From: an uncultured virus (IMG/VR IMGVR_UViG_2049941000_000847)
Taxonomy: Duplodnaviria > Heunggongvirae > Uroviricota > Caudoviricetes
IMG/VR virus record: IMGVR_UViG_2049941000_000847
Reading direction: 5' to 3' (one strand)
Length of the DNA stretch: 64,000 nucleotides
This document shows positions 39,701 to 49,241 of the stretch, piece after piece. The first letter of the stretch is position 1. Each line of letters begins with the position of its first letter. A program made the translations under genes and the position numbers. The notes below the pieces were generated by a model. It ran no database searches. It was given only the letters and a program-made list of their open reading frames with translations, and was not told the origin of the DNA.

Positions 39701-40952
39701 TACCTTGAACGCCCTGTTCACCTTTGACACCCTGCGGTCCCTGGGGTCCTTGAACACCCTGCTCGCCCTGCGGTCCCTGGACACCCTGTGAACCGGATAG
39801 GTCGGCGATCAGATCGAATGTGCCTGGTGTTCCGGAAAGCTTGACATACAGCTTCGCATTGTCCGGGTCAGATGGATCGCTGGCAATAATTACAAATTTT
39901 CCTTCCGGCACATTAGCGGCATCCGCATTCATCTCGGCCACGGATTCGTATGTTTTGTAAATTTCGAAAGGAGCTCCAGTTTTCCCTTGAATGCCCTGCG
40001 GGCCTTGGATACCTTGTTCGCCTTTAGGACCCTGTATACCCTGTGGACCCTCTGGACCTGTTTCACCCTTGTCACCCTTGTCACCCTTGTCACCTTTATC
40101 GCCTTTTGCGCCGTTGGTGACATTGAATGTCGATGTGCTTGTATCTGTATAGGTGATGGTATAGGTGTCTACAAGACCGGCGGTTCCCGTCTTGGTTATT
40201 GACGAGATGCCAACGCCGTCATCACCGGTATCACCCTTGTCACCCTTCGCACCGTCTTCACCTTTAGGACCGGTGGGGCCTTCCGGACCGGTTTCGCCCT
40301 GAGGACCTCTTTCACCGGGTTCGCCCTTTTCACCGGGATCTCCTTTATCTCCCTTCGCGCCGTCTTCGCCTTTAGGACCTACCGGACCTTCTGGACCAAC
40401 ATCACCTTTTGGTCCGGCAGGACCCTGAGGACCTGCAGCACCGGTTTCGCCGGTATCGCCCTTGTCGCCTTTCTCACCCTTTTCGCCTTGAATTCCCTGC
40501 TCACCGCGAGGACCGGTATCTCCCTTATCTCCTTTGTTTCCCTTCTCGCCTTTGTCTCCGCGATCTCCCTTGTCTCCCTTGGCTCCTCTTGGACCGGTGT
40601 CTCCCTTGTCACCCTTTTCACCCTTTGGACCACGAGGACCGACGGCGCCAGGTTTTGCCACCCACACTGCATGTCCTTCCGTGCCGTCTATGCAGATGAA
40701 CTCGGTTCCGTCTACCATTACCCATCTAGACCCCTCGGAATACCCTTCCGAGTAGTCGTTATTGACCGTTGGACGCTCTTCGGCGGTAAAATTGCACTTC
40801 AGCTCGGCTATTTCATTCCCGAGACCGACCAAAAGAGTGCTGTCGCCGAAAGAAGTCTTCCCGGTACCGCCACTGGATACCGGTATGGTGTCCCCATCTC
40901 CGAAGGTCTTGAGGATGCCACCACTCAATTTTATGGGTTTTTGATCGGACAT
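36771..40952 (-). CDS. Collagen-like tail fibre protein
   Basis: Three Gly-X-Y tracts (GPKGEKGDKGD..), two KTGTxGLVDTYTITYT repeats, one NPMTAAGDLIVGG repeat, Ser/Thr-rich beta region, C-terminal RPASPTEGQYGYDTT..WY. Confidence 0.85.
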   Translation of the reverse strand: MSDQKPIKLSGGILKTFGDGDTIPVSSGGTGKTSFGDSTLLVGLGNEIAELKCNFTAEERPTVNNDYSEGYSEGSRWVMVDGTEFICIDGTEGHAVWVAKPGAVGPRGPKGEKGDKGDTGPRGAKGDKGDRGDKGEKGNKGDKGDTGPRGEQGIQGEKGEKGDKGDTGETGAAGPQGPAGPKGDVGPEGPVGPKGEDGAKGDKGDPGEKGEPGERGPQGETGPEGPTGPKGEDGAKGDKGDTGDDGVGISSITKTGTAGLVDTYTITYTDTSTSTFNVTNGAKGDKGDKGDKGDKGETGPEGPQGIQGPKGEQGIQGPQGIQGKTGAPFEIYKTYESVAEMNADAANVPEGKFVIIASDPSDPDNAKLYVKLSGTPGTFDLIADLSGSQGVQGPQGEQGVQGPQGPQGVKGEQGVQGIQGEKGDTGETGNGIQSIAKTGTSGLVDTYTITYTNGNTSTFTVTNGEDGLENPMTAAGDLIVGGTGGTPEKLAIGTEGQFLRVNSSGVPEWSGADKDNFADSDEVVVAGTGTQADPYTFDLTGKVQSTEDVDIIATRDANISFGRDMTVGSNSTHNITVTTDAQMSLTANYELDLTGSSIIRQNSGGFIYVEAPNEYHYVNNRLSLIAASSSSATNAKNIQFYGGLSADLSSVSVSSSGPIVGTADGPFNLSSTNSMMNLGSAGPLTAKAASDSSTYTELVLNAGAGASLHSTTAPIRVTADNAPIYLSSPAGAPIQIVSQTIGGQYGYSLVQTQGASVTLKSYGDATANGELAMSANSTTLTQKGNADSYLEFQSRNDSASPAVYSDLKLTPTSATVSIPTTTSPTWIMVSGDSSISGSAKTITLLAGVAQGDTGTATINIGAVQGNTNISGSSIYLIGAPNGGLMIDSNGTRVIDPSHQVSVSSDTFAVNVKYDDEEQHYSSSLDMGTNASLSSYNTVGLYNNESGSSLELPNNGKIVGEAYGDIDLEAHDGSHAILRGTGSSGGSDWEAKLDLNFNSSTLSSNAGPINITNTGSSIYLNSVGLTSITAPTVNITANSGSMNLVNSAGSTINLSSSVSSGGTESSSAIQLSSATFGYTSTYHTGSGSSEETYRTTIDANPGGITLATQDYQGGSSATHKRSSVNLSCSNQLFINNTDYIVLSGVTDVHQNTEWSLKGFYYNDTYGSNLTLGGICTLSCATGPINITNTCGAPINLKVEGDSTHYTTITENVTGLSASVTGASSPLSFSMSGSNGQSSISMSAKSTSITTTELKLPAYNNAFDSTTTHKLMTYADSDAGVELATFSDLTNEQFGLDSTTGSGSILVVEQVGEPGEEEPSVVVLAPGTTGQVLSVGSSGLEWTTPSTGTEWYLGAFTSAQRPASPTEGQYGYDTTIDCVIWYIGGYWKNSAGAIV

Positions 40953-41082
40953 GATACCACCAAGCCGTGCTAACGCTTATAGTTTATAATTATGGGGATA
41001 TGGAATTCCCGCCAAACGAGCAACACAAAACCCAAATAAACCTATATTACATTCGCGATAGCCGCAAAAACGGAGAACACAC

Positions 41083-41406
41083 ATGGTTCTGACATTGGAA
41101 GACAGATATTACGTCAATCTTTTCACCAGAAAGCTTCCCTGCACCCTCAAGCTAAGGTTCGCACTGGACTCATTCCTCAACATGATCGACTTCACAGAGG
41201 AAGAGATAAAGAAGTACGCCATCCGGATCGTGCCTCAGCAGAGCAAGTTCGAATGCAACGACGAAAAGGTCACGTTCGAATACAAAGACGTTCCAGAAGA
41301 AGTGACCGAGGCTGTCAGAGAGTTCGTCATCTCGATGGATACCGAGGAAAACGACAAGAACATGTTCATAAAGGACATGGTGAAATACCTCAAAAAGGTC
41401 CTCTAG
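41083..41406 (+). CDS. Hypothetical protein
   Basis: GGAG RBS; CCTATATT motif upstream (41034-41048). Confidence 0.65.
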   Translation: MVLTLEDRYYVNLFTRKLPCTLKLRFALDSFLNMIDFTEEEIKKYAIRIVPQQSKFECNDEKVTFEYKDVPEEVTEAVREFVISMDTEENDKNMFIKDMVKYLKKVL

Positions 41407-41407
41407 C

Positions 41408-42031
41408 GTGGTGAATCACGTCAAAATGCTCGATTCCGTTGTAGGTACGTCGGTTTCCGATGTACAAAATGCCTTCGACGAACTCGTCGGATCGCTTCTC
41501 GACAACGAAACCGAGGACTGCACTCACATCGTATACGCGACGGTGGTCGGTGTCAAGGAGATACATACCGAGATTGCGTATGTCCACATCATGACGCACT
41601 CCGAAAAGGCGAACGAGTGCATGATATACGTCTCTCCGATGCTTTTGGAGGGAATACTGGACTCCAACATGCGTCTTACGGATGCAAATACGAGTCCGAG
41701 CGGCTTTATACTGGAAACGGATCTCCAGGCGCACCCGGATCTGGTGAATTATGGAATGGTAACCAACGGCTGGGGAAACTCGTTCAACGTCTACGGCACC
41801 ATACACCTCGACGAAAATGGGCGCATACCGGAGATCGTTGACAACGATGCCGATTATTTCCTGGAATTCACCAGAATAGACGACGATGACATCGTGACTG
41901 TGACCCTTTCCGCGCTGAACGACGTGAACGAAGACTACAAGAACGAGCTTGAATCGGCGTTGCATGGTGCCGCTGTAGAGGGAGATTTCGACGACAACCC
42001 GTACAGCGATGTCTATTTGGCGCAGCAGTGA
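41408..42031 (+). CDS. Hypothetical acidic protein
   Basis: Open frame coupled to the upstream gene. Confidence 0.6.
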   Translation: MVNHVKMLDSVVGTSVSDVQNAFDELVGSLLDNETEDCTHIVYATVVGVKEIHTEIAYVHIMTHSEKANECMIYVSPMLLEGILDSNMRLTDANTSPSGFILETDLQAHPDLVNYGMVTNGWGNSFNVYGTIHLDENGRIPEIVDNDADYFLEFTRIDDDDIVTVTLSALNDVNEDYKNELESALHGAAVEGDFDDNPYSDVYLAQQ

Positions 42032-42106
42032 TATAAACTATTCGGGACTTATATACATAGCTCCACCTAAATAACCTATATTATATCTAGAAAACCCAAA
42101 ACAACA

Positions 42107-43032
42107 ATGCTGAAGGGAATCCAAATTCGAATCTATCCAAACAAGTCCCAGGCGTCCGAGATTCGTCGGACGCTTGGGACTTGCAGATTCATTTGGAACA
42201 CAATGCTGTCCGATGACATCAAGTCATACAAGGAAACTGGGAAATTCGGTCATCGGGACAAGAAGCAGTTGAAAATTGATTTCCCGTTTATACATGAAGT
42301 CGGTGAACAACCGAAGGACAATGTCATTATCAACTATCGAAAAGCGATGAGCAATCGCTTTTCGAAGGCGAGGAAGAAACACTCTGGGTTCCCTCGCTTC
42401 AAGTCGAAGCGAGGAACGGAACGGTATTCGGTTTGTACAACAGGTTGGTTGAAGGATGGTCGTTCCTGCATGGCCAGGATCGACTCGAAGAACCGGATAA
42501 AGTTGTCTCGTTTGGGCGAAGTCGAATTCCGTTCCGGGTTCGACTTCGAATTCCTAAAGAAACTCAAAGTCAACAAGTACACGATCACTAAAACTTGTTC
42601 TGGGAAGTTCTATTGTTCTCTTATTGCCGATGTTGACGTTCCTGCGTTGCCCGCGGCAACGCAGTACATCGGAGTTGACCTCGGGGTCAAGGATTTTGCC
42701 GTCTGCTCAGACGGCAAGAAGTTCGGTGGACCTGACTATAGGAAAATTGACAGAAGGATTGTTTTCCTCCAGAAGAATTTGTCGAGAACCCAAAAGGGCT
42801 CTCGAAACAGGGAGAAAGCCAGGACTCGGTTGGCCGTTGCGCATGAGCGCAAGGCCAACATGAGGAAGGACTTTCTCCACAAGTTGTCTTTCAAGCTGGT
42901 GAGCGAGAACCAAGTCATCTGCTTGGAAGATTTGAACGTGCGGGGAATGGTTAAAAACCATTCCCTGGCACGTTCGATTTCAGATCAAGGTTGGAGTGAA
43001 TTCGTTCGAATGATCGACTACAAGTCTCGTTG
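42107..43032 (+). CDS. tnpB: IS200/IS605-family TnpB RNA-guided nuclease (C-terminus lost in gap)
   Basis: IRIYPN..LGTCRFIWN (HTH_OrfB), GFPRFKSKR, RuvC-I GVDLGVKDFA, RKDFLHKLS, RuvC-II CLEDLNVRGM, SISDQGWSEF. Confidence 0.93.
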
Positions 43033-43042
43033 NNNNNNNNNN

Positions 43043-43187
43043 GATTGACTCGTTGAACCGAGGGGGACTCGGGGATAGCCTGTGTAAACTTAGGGAGAAA
43101 GTAGACAGCGAAAGCTGTCAAGGATTACCCCCAAATGATCAGGAAGGCCCGGTCGAAACGCCTGACGGCGTTTCGGACCGGCTAGGT
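43043..43187 (+). ncRNA. Putative TnpB omega/reRNA scaffold and element right end
   Basis: CCGAG-GGGGA-CTCGG-GGATAGCCT, GACAGC-GAAA-GCTGTC hairpin (43104-43119), CAGGAA, long hairpin 43149-43181; typical position at the tnpB 3' end. Confidence 0.55.
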
Positions 43188-43259
43188 TATAAACTTAGTT
43201 TGACCGATATGGTGGAACTAGGTATATAAGTCCCAACTATTCTCGATTGGTGGGCCAAC

Positions 43260-44900
43260 ATGTTCATAGAAAAAGAGCCAAAACAACCAGAAACACTCGC
43301 CGCGAAGATACTTTCTCGCGCACGTGACTATGACCTGGCCAACCCGAAGGGCCCGGTATTCGACCGCCTTTTCAATCGGCATACAACAGAACGGGAAATA
43401 GACAAGTCCAACAACATCGTTGGTCAAGGCGTTTCCCAGATATCGTTCCCGAACGGCATGTCTCCCGACGGGTTCAGCTCTTTCTCTCCGACAATAGGAT
43501 ACAACTCCGTAAACGTTGACGAACACAGGGTTTTCAACCAGACGGCTGAAAACCAGGTCACGCAGTTCTGGATGAAGAACCGCGAGCGCGTGCAGAAGTA
43601 CTACCGGATAGCCTCTAGAGCCGAAGTCGGCGAAGCCATCGACCAGATCTGCGACGAAGCAGTTTACGAAGACGGCGACGGCAAGATCTGCGAACTCAGT
43701 ATAGACCTTGATGCCCAGATAGGCGATGTTGTAAAGAACAGAATGTACCGCATTTTCCGCCAAGAAGTGCTCAACAAGATAATGAACTTCAGATACGACG
43801 GCTGGAACCTGATGAGAACGCTTCTCATCGAAGGACGCATCTTCTTCGAAGTAGTGTATTCCAAGGAAAAGAACCAGATCGTAGGCGTCAACCTCCTTCC
43901 GTCGCAGAACATGATCATCGTAGTGCAGGACGGCATCATAATCGGATACCGCCAGATGCTGGAAGGATCGTACAGCTCCGTCACCGGAGCAGGCATGAAG
44001 AACTACGTCGACTTCAGCCCGAACCAGATACTTTACGGCGACCTCAACCTTTTCGGACCTGGTGGCATAAACGACCCTAGATCTCCGCTCGAAGTTGCCG
44101 TCAAGCCGTTCAACCAGATCAACGCGATCGAAGACGCGGTCACCATGTACCGCATCCAGTGGGGCTCGGAAAAGCTGGTGTTCAAGATCGACACCGGCAC
44201 GATGCCGAAGCCGAAGGCCGAAGCTCACATCAAGGAAGTCGCCAAGCAGCTGTCCAGACGCGTGGACTACAACTCCGCGACCGGCGAAGTCTCCAACTAC
44301 GGCCGAGTGATCGGTCTTTCCGAGCACATATTCCTTTCCGTGAACTCCAACAACAGGAATTCCAGCGTGGAAAGGCTGCAGGGAGGGGAAAAACTAGGCG
44401 ACATCGACGACCTCAAGTACTTCAAAAGAAACCTCGTGAACGCCATGAAGGTTCCTCCTGGGCGCATTACCGCTCTCGCCGGCGACGGAACGAACTACGC
44501 GAACGGCAAGTTCGGTGAAGTCACGCAGGCGGAAGTCGCTTTTGCCAGACTGGTGTACAGATATCAGGTTCCGATGAAGCAGATACTTTCCAGGCTTTTC
44601 GTCATGGTTTTGGACACCATGAACGACATAACCCCCGACGTCAAGAAAGAAGAGTATTTTACCGTGAACTTCAACAAGGGCAACAGCTTCCAGCGGAACA
44701 TGGACAGCGAAATCCTCCAGAAGGACATCGGCATATTCAACTCCGTCACCAGCAGCATCAAGAGCCCCTCCAATCCCGACGGGGTGCTCTCCAAGGACTA
44801 CGTGCTTCGTCGCATACTTCACCTTTCAGACGTGGAAATAAGCAAGATGAACGAGGATCTTGCCGAAATCGACACGCCGGAAGAAGGCGGGGAAGAGTAG
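43260..44900 (+). CDS. T4 gp20-like portal protein
   Basis: YRIASRAEVGEAIDQICDEA, IEGRIFF, KPFNQINAIEDAVTMYRI, FKIDTGTMPKPKAE, GDIDDLKYFKRNL..AMKVP. Confidence 0.93.
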   Translation: MFIEKEPKQPETLAAKILSRARDYDLANPKGPVFDRLFNRHTTEREIDKSNNIVGQGVSQISFPNGMSPDGFSSFSPTIGYNSVNVDEHRVFNQTAENQVTQFWMKNRERVQKYYRIASRAEVGEAIDQICDEAVYEDGDGKICELSIDLDAQIGDVVKNRMYRIFRQEVLNKIMNFRYDGWNLMRTLLIEGRIFFEVVYSKEKNQIVGVNLLPSQNMIIVVQDGIIIGYRQMLEGSYSSVTGAGMKNYVDFSPNQILYGDLNLFGPGGINDPRSPLEVAVKPFNQINAIEDAVTMYRIQWGSEKLVFKIDTGTMPKPKAEAHIKEVAKQLSRRVDYNSATGEVSNYGRVIGLSEHIFLSVNSNNRNSSVERLQGGEKLGDIDDLKYFKRNLVNAMKVPPGRITALAGDGTNYANGKFGEVTQAEVAFARLVYRYQVPMKQILSRLFVMVLDTMNDITPDVKKEEYFTVNFNKGNSFQRNMDSEILQKDIGIFNSVTSSIKSPSNPDGVLSKDYVLRRILHLSDVEISKMNEDLAEIDTPEEGGEE

Positions 44901-44969
44901 GTAGGCGATTTTTCGGTGTAACTGGTTATAAACTATATACAAAAGAACGTAATAGCGGTATAACTGTCC

Positions 44970-45182
44970 ATGAACGACGCTCCATACACCGAATCCGTCA
45001 AACTTGCCGGGTCGCAGAATGTGAATAGAGCGGTGGAGAAAATGATCACGTATCTCGTGAACGGGAACGACAACGACATGAGGAACTGCATAACCGAATT
45101 GTCCGAGTCGATCGTTCAGGAAAACGAGGATAGAATACTGCAGATGTTGTTCGAGAACAAGGGTGGTGATACAGATGTCTGA
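44970..45182 (+). CDS. Small prohead core protein candidate (gp67/gp68 position)
   Basis: Between portal and protease; late motif at 44927. Confidence 0.55.
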   Translation: MNDAPYTESVKLAGSQNVNRAVEKMITYLVNGNDNDMRNCITELSESIVQENEDRILQMLFENKGGDTDV

Positions 45183-45897
45183 AACTATCATAGATCCTGG
45201 CAAGAAGGCCAAGTTTTTGTATGAGTCCGTCCTAGATTCCGACGGCAACGGCAAGAAGCGTCTGAAGATTTACGGCACCGCCGTGGTATGCGACGTGGTC
45301 GGCATCAATGGCCGTTCATATCCGAAGCGCATTCTAGAACCAGAAGTCAAACGCTTCAACGAAGAATTCATCAAGACCGGACGCGCCGCCGCCCAGCTCA
45401 ACCACCCGAGAGTGGACCAGGACGGCAACGGCAAGGACTACTCCGTCTACGAAATGAACCTCATGAAGACCTGCGCCCTCATCGAAGACATGCACTTCGA
45501 AGGGAACAATCTCATGTGCAAGATGGTCGTCGTGGAAGGACACCCGGCCGGAGACGCTCTCACGGCTCTGCTCAAGGCCGGATACGTTCCCGGTTACTCT
45601 CTCCGTGGATCCGGTTCGGTCGTGCAGTCCACCAACGGGTTTGAAATCACTGACGACTACCGCCTCATCACCGTCGACGTTGTAGGCAACCCCTCGTTCG
45701 ACGCAAAGGCGCTGGTCACTCCGATGTACGAATCCATCGACGGTGGTGAAAAGGAAAAAGCTCTCATGGAATCCATCACGCAGATACAGCGCGAAATCAT
45801 CGCAAGTCATTCGTCCAAGCCTCTCATGGCCGGCGACAAGGACTACAACGTGGACACGCTCGCGTCGGTGCTGATGTCGAACATCCACCTGTTCTAA
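45175..45897 (+). CDS. T4 gp21-like prohead protease
   Basis: NGRSYP..L..EV, LNHP (His), HPAG, GYSLRGSGSV (Ser), DYRLITVDVVGNPS. Confidence 0.92.
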   Translation: MSETIIDPGKKAKFLYESVLDSDGNGKKRLKIYGTAVVCDVVGINGRSYPKRILEPEVKRFNEEFIKTGRAAAQLNHPRVDQDGNGKDYSVYEMNLMKTCALIEDMHFEGNNLMCKMVVVEGHPAGDALTALLKAGYVPGYSLRGSGSVVQSTNGFEITDDYRLITVDVVGNPSFDAKALVTPMYESIDGGEKEKALMESITQIQREIIASHSSKPLMAGDKDYNVDTLASVLMSNIHLF

Positions 45898-45912
45898 AAG
45901 AGGAATAATACG

Positions 45913-46884
45913 ATGCAGCAGTTCTTCCTATCAAATGTTTTGGACGAGAAGACGATGAAGAAGCTCTCGAAGAGCGACATCACCGCCATCGAAGAAAGCG
46001 TGAACGGAAACGTCCAGAAGATATCCGATACGATAACCGAGGCCCAGGAAAAGCGGTTCGACAAGATGGTGAACGACCTCACCGAGAAGTTCGAAAGCGA
46101 AGTGTCCAATGCCGTCAACGAATGCGTCCAGAACCAGGTGGGCGGGAAGATAAACGAAAAGCTGCTCAATGTAGTAAAGCAGATAGCGAACCTTCTTGAA
46201 TCGGCCGGAATACACACAACTGAAGAAACGAAGAAGCTCGCGAAGCGTATCCAGGAAGTGAACGACAAACTGAAAAGCGTGTACGAAGAACGCGACAAGC
46301 TGCTCTTGGAAGCCGACAAGGCCAAGAAGAACGAATTCATCTACAGCAGCCTTCGCGGTATGAACCCGAGTCTCATCGACGCGGTCATCAAGCACTACGA
46401 AAACGTTCCGTTCGGCGAAATAGACGAAGAAGAACTCCAGGCAATAGTAAACAATCCTGATATACTCGCCACTCTCGCCGAGATAGGCGCCAGCGAATAC
46501 GACCCGGAAATGGAAAAGATCGAGGATGTCGTAAACGCCATATCGAACGACAACAAGACCATGATACCCGGCGTTCCTCTGGAAAAGAACGATTCCAAGA
46601 TGGAATCCGCCGGCGAAAATGAAACTCCCACGAACTTCTTTGAATCTCGTGGCGTTTCCGACTCGCTCCGCAAGATGCGCGCGTTCGGCGGCAAGTATCG
46701 CAATCCAAACGTGAGCAACGAAGATCTTATGAAGACCATCACTCTCACGGAAGACATTAACGCCGGGGTCGTGCCGGACAATGGCATAAGCGACGCGGAT
46801 GTCGAGAACGCTGTCAAGAAGCTAGGGGAATTCGTCACGTGGGGGAGCGATGTTGGAGAATCGTGGGAAAACAATTCGAAGTGA
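45913..46884 (+). CDS. gp22-like prohead scaffolding/core protein
   Basis: Directly after the protease; acidic coiled coil with several hydrophobic-x-E sites (KFES, LLES, LLEA, FFES). Confidence 0.7.
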   Translation: MQQFFLSNVLDEKTMKKLSKSDITAIEESVNGNVQKISDTITEAQEKRFDKMVNDLTEKFESEVSNAVNECVQNQVGGKINEKLLNVVKQIANLLESAGIHTTEETKKLAKRIQEVNDKLKSVYEERDKLLLEADKAKKNEFIYSSLRGMNPSLIDAVIKHYENVPFGEIDEEELQAIVNNPDILATLAEIGASEYDPEMEKIEDVVNAISNDNKTMIPGVPLEKNDSKMESAGENETPTNFFESRGVSDSLRKMRAFGGKYRNPNVSNEDLMKTITLTEDINAGVVPDNGISDADVENAVKKLGEFVTWGSDVGESWENNSK

Positions 46885-47770
46885 CTACAGTGATTACGAA
46901 GCTGTATTCTACGTACTCGAATCCATCCGCAACGGACGGAACGGTGCCGACATTGACCGCATAGAAAAGTCTATGGCGGAAATCAAATACAGCGTCCCGA
47001 TAATGGAGGGAACGAAGGCCAGGCAGAACCTTTTGCTTGCGATGATTTGCCTTTGGCTGAACTCCGATGCGGATTTCCAGAGGTTGGCGGAACATGCCAG
47101 CGATACCGCCACCGTTGCGATGGAGAAGATCGAAGAAACGGCCAAGTCCGTTGCAACTGGCGTCACCGAGCAGAACAAAAACGTTGGCGATCAATTCCAC
47201 GCGGAAGTCGACAAGAGAACTCTTGCTCAGCGTATGCATAAGATCAAAAATGTCATGGCCATACGCGACATCAGCAAGTACGGTGTTCCGAACGACATAT
47301 ACGGAAGATACGCTCTTCACACCGGAATGCCCTACGACGTTGTCAAGAAGAACTACGAATCGGCAAAGGCGTTCGGGGTCGATCCGCACCTGACGATGGC
47401 GATGATGTATGTCGAGTCGCGCGGGAAAAAGTATGGAACCGATTCGAGCGGGAACCGCGTCCACATCAAATCACACAAGGGCGCGATCGGACCGATGCAG
47501 ATAATGCCGTTCAACGCGCCAAGAGTGAAGAAGCTCTACAACGCCGACATTTACGACCCGTACGAAAACATATACGGTGGATGTGGCATGTTCAAAGATC
47601 TGCTCAACAGGTTCCGCCACCCGGAACTTGCGGTCGCCGCGTACAACGCCGGGCCCGGAGCCGTCATTAACAATTCGTATACGGTTCCGAAGAACGGCGA
47701 GACCGAGAAGTATGTTGAAAATGTTATGAAGATGAAGAATGAACTCGACGACGAGTTCGGTGGCATGTAG
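46850..47770 (+). CDS. Lytic transglycosylase (SLT domain)
   Basis: GVDP.L..AMMYVES, SHKGAIGPMQIMP, DPYENIYGG, AVAAYNAGPG, ETEKYV. Confidence 0.9.
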   Translation: MLENRGKTIRSDYSDYEAVFYVLESIRNGRNGADIDRIEKSMAEIKYSVPIMEGTKARQNLLLAMICLWLNSDADFQRLAEHASDTATVAMEKIEETAKSVATGVTEQNKNVGDQFHAEVDKRTLAQRMHKIKNVMAIRDISKYGVPNDIYGRYALHTGMPYDVVKKNYESAKAFGVDPHLTMAMMYVESRGKKYGTDSSGNRVHIKSHKGAIGPMQIMPFNAPRVKKLYNADIYDPYENIYGGCGMFKDLLNRFRHPELAVAAYNAGPGAVINNSYTVPKNGETEKYVENVMKMKNELDDEFGGM

Positions 47771-49000
47771 TTAGACGAGCCCCATCGGAATAACTATATT
47801 TTCCTTTCCGATATATCTGTATTTCTGAAGCTCACTGCACTTGAAAAAGTGCTTGGCGTTTTCGATTATCATGTTCACTCTCGAGCGCTGGAACATGTTC
47901 ATTTCCGCTTCGGATGCCGCAAGCACCTTCACGGTTATCACTCTGAGAAGCGTTGTCGAACTATTTGTAATATACCCGATGCTGTCCGCTCCGAGATATG
48001 ACTTTCTGTTCAGATCCAGAAGCTGCACGCATCCATATAGTTCGAGGTTCTCGTTCTGGTTTTCGTTCTGACCCTCTTCGGTGTTTTCATTGGCTATGTT
48101 CGCGACACCGACAACATAATGTGTCGGGGTGCCGTTCTTTTCGTCGAGCATGGATTCCAACACCTTGTTGAATGGAACCTTCTTGGAGTAGTCAAATATA
48201 ATGGCTGGTTTTGCTTTTGATTTGATTATTCCAAAAAGACCCATCGACATCGATCTCTTGGCCGGCATGTAGTCGATGCGCCCGAGTTCCTGTCTGCCGT
48301 CGGCGGACATGAATATGTTTTCCTTGTGACCCTTGTTCACTTCGACGGTCACGGGATCTTCTTCCTTGCCGCCCGGGGGAGCGGTCATGCTCTTTTCGAC
48401 GGTGGCTTTGGACACGTGAGACACGTGCAAATACTCGGAACCCTGGTGTCCACCGGTGGTGGCATTGAATCCAACAGGTGTGCAACAGAACACGTCAACC
48501 GTTCCTTCGGTCAATACAGGAAGAGCGTTCCCGCCAGCTCCGTCGACCGCGCCGTATCCAGCGTGTTCATACGCCTTGGAGCTCTCCGCCTTTATGCGAC
48601 CGAACGAATTGATCTCCGTCACCATGTCGCTCGGGTGGTAGATGAACGTCTGCTGCTCCTTCTTGTTGTGCGTCCGGTAGAATCCGTTTTCGCCCAAATT
48701 GGCGTATGAAAGATTCGGGTATTCGGAAAGGAATTCTTTAGGCAGATGTCCTTTGCCGTTGGAAGACTGAAACAAGTATCTGGGTCTGTTTACGTCTCCG
48801 TCCTCGAACTCTACGACAAGGTGGTCTCCCTTTTCGGGAACCTGCTGCTGTGCGCTGAACAAAGGGAGAGCCCATGGAAGAAGTTCTTCCGGCATGTGGT
48901 CCATTATGCCGAGAATCTTTATCTTTACGGCGCCAGCGTGTCTTGTGTCCGTGGTGCCACCGGCAACGACCGCGATGTACTTCTTGTTTGGCTCAAGCAC
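47771..49000 (-). CDS. gp5-like baseplate hub/spike protein (OB fold) with degenerate amidase-like C-terminus
   Basis: G.VKIKILG..LPWALP..VPEKGD..VVEFEDGD..RPRY; YHPS; C-terminal THYVVG..VQLL. Confidence 0.7.
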   Translation of the reverse strand: MLEPNKKYIAVVAGGTTDTRHAGAVKIKILGIMDHMPEELLPWALPLFSAQQQVPEKGDHLVVEFEDGDVNRPRYLFQSSNGKGHLPKEFLSEYPNLSYANLGENGFYRTHNKKEQQTFIYHPSDMVTEINSFGRIKAESSKAYEHAGYGAVDGAGGNALPVLTEGTVDVFCCTPVGFNATTGGHQGSEYLHVSHVSKATVEKSMTAPPGGKEEDPVTVEVNKGHKENIFMSADGRQELGRIDYMPAKRSMSMGLFGIIKSKAKPAIIFDYSKKVPFNKVLESMLDEKNGTPTHYVVGVANIANENTEEGQNENQNENLELYGCVQLLDLNRKSYLGADSIGYITNSSTTLLRVITVKVLAASEAEMNMFQRSRVNMIIENAKHFFKCSELQKYRYIGKENIVIPMGLV

Positions 49001-49006
49001 GAGGGT

Positions 49007-49234
49007 TTACCTTTTGGTTATTTTCGGCCACTTCCATTGGTTGCTGAACGCTTCCTTCGTAGTCTCCCTCGGATCGTTATGGCACTTCGAGTTCACGTAG
49101 TCCTGTATCTGGGGAGTATTGGACGCCATGCCGTGTCCTTCGGGAGAAACCGAAGTCGGCATGTTGCGTATGTCTCCGATCGGTCTCTGCGAGAAGAACG
49201 GAGTGTACGCGATGTTCGGGTCGTTCAGGTTCAT
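49007..49234 (-). CDS. Small hypothetical protein
   Basis: MNLNDPNIAYTPFFSQRP; fills the space between co-oriented genes. Confidence 0.45.
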   Translation of the reverse strand: MNLNDPNIAYTPFFSQRPIGDIRNMPTSVSPEGHGMASNTPQIQDYVNSKCHNDPRETTKEAFSNQWKWPKITKR

Positions 49235-49241
49235 GCGATAC

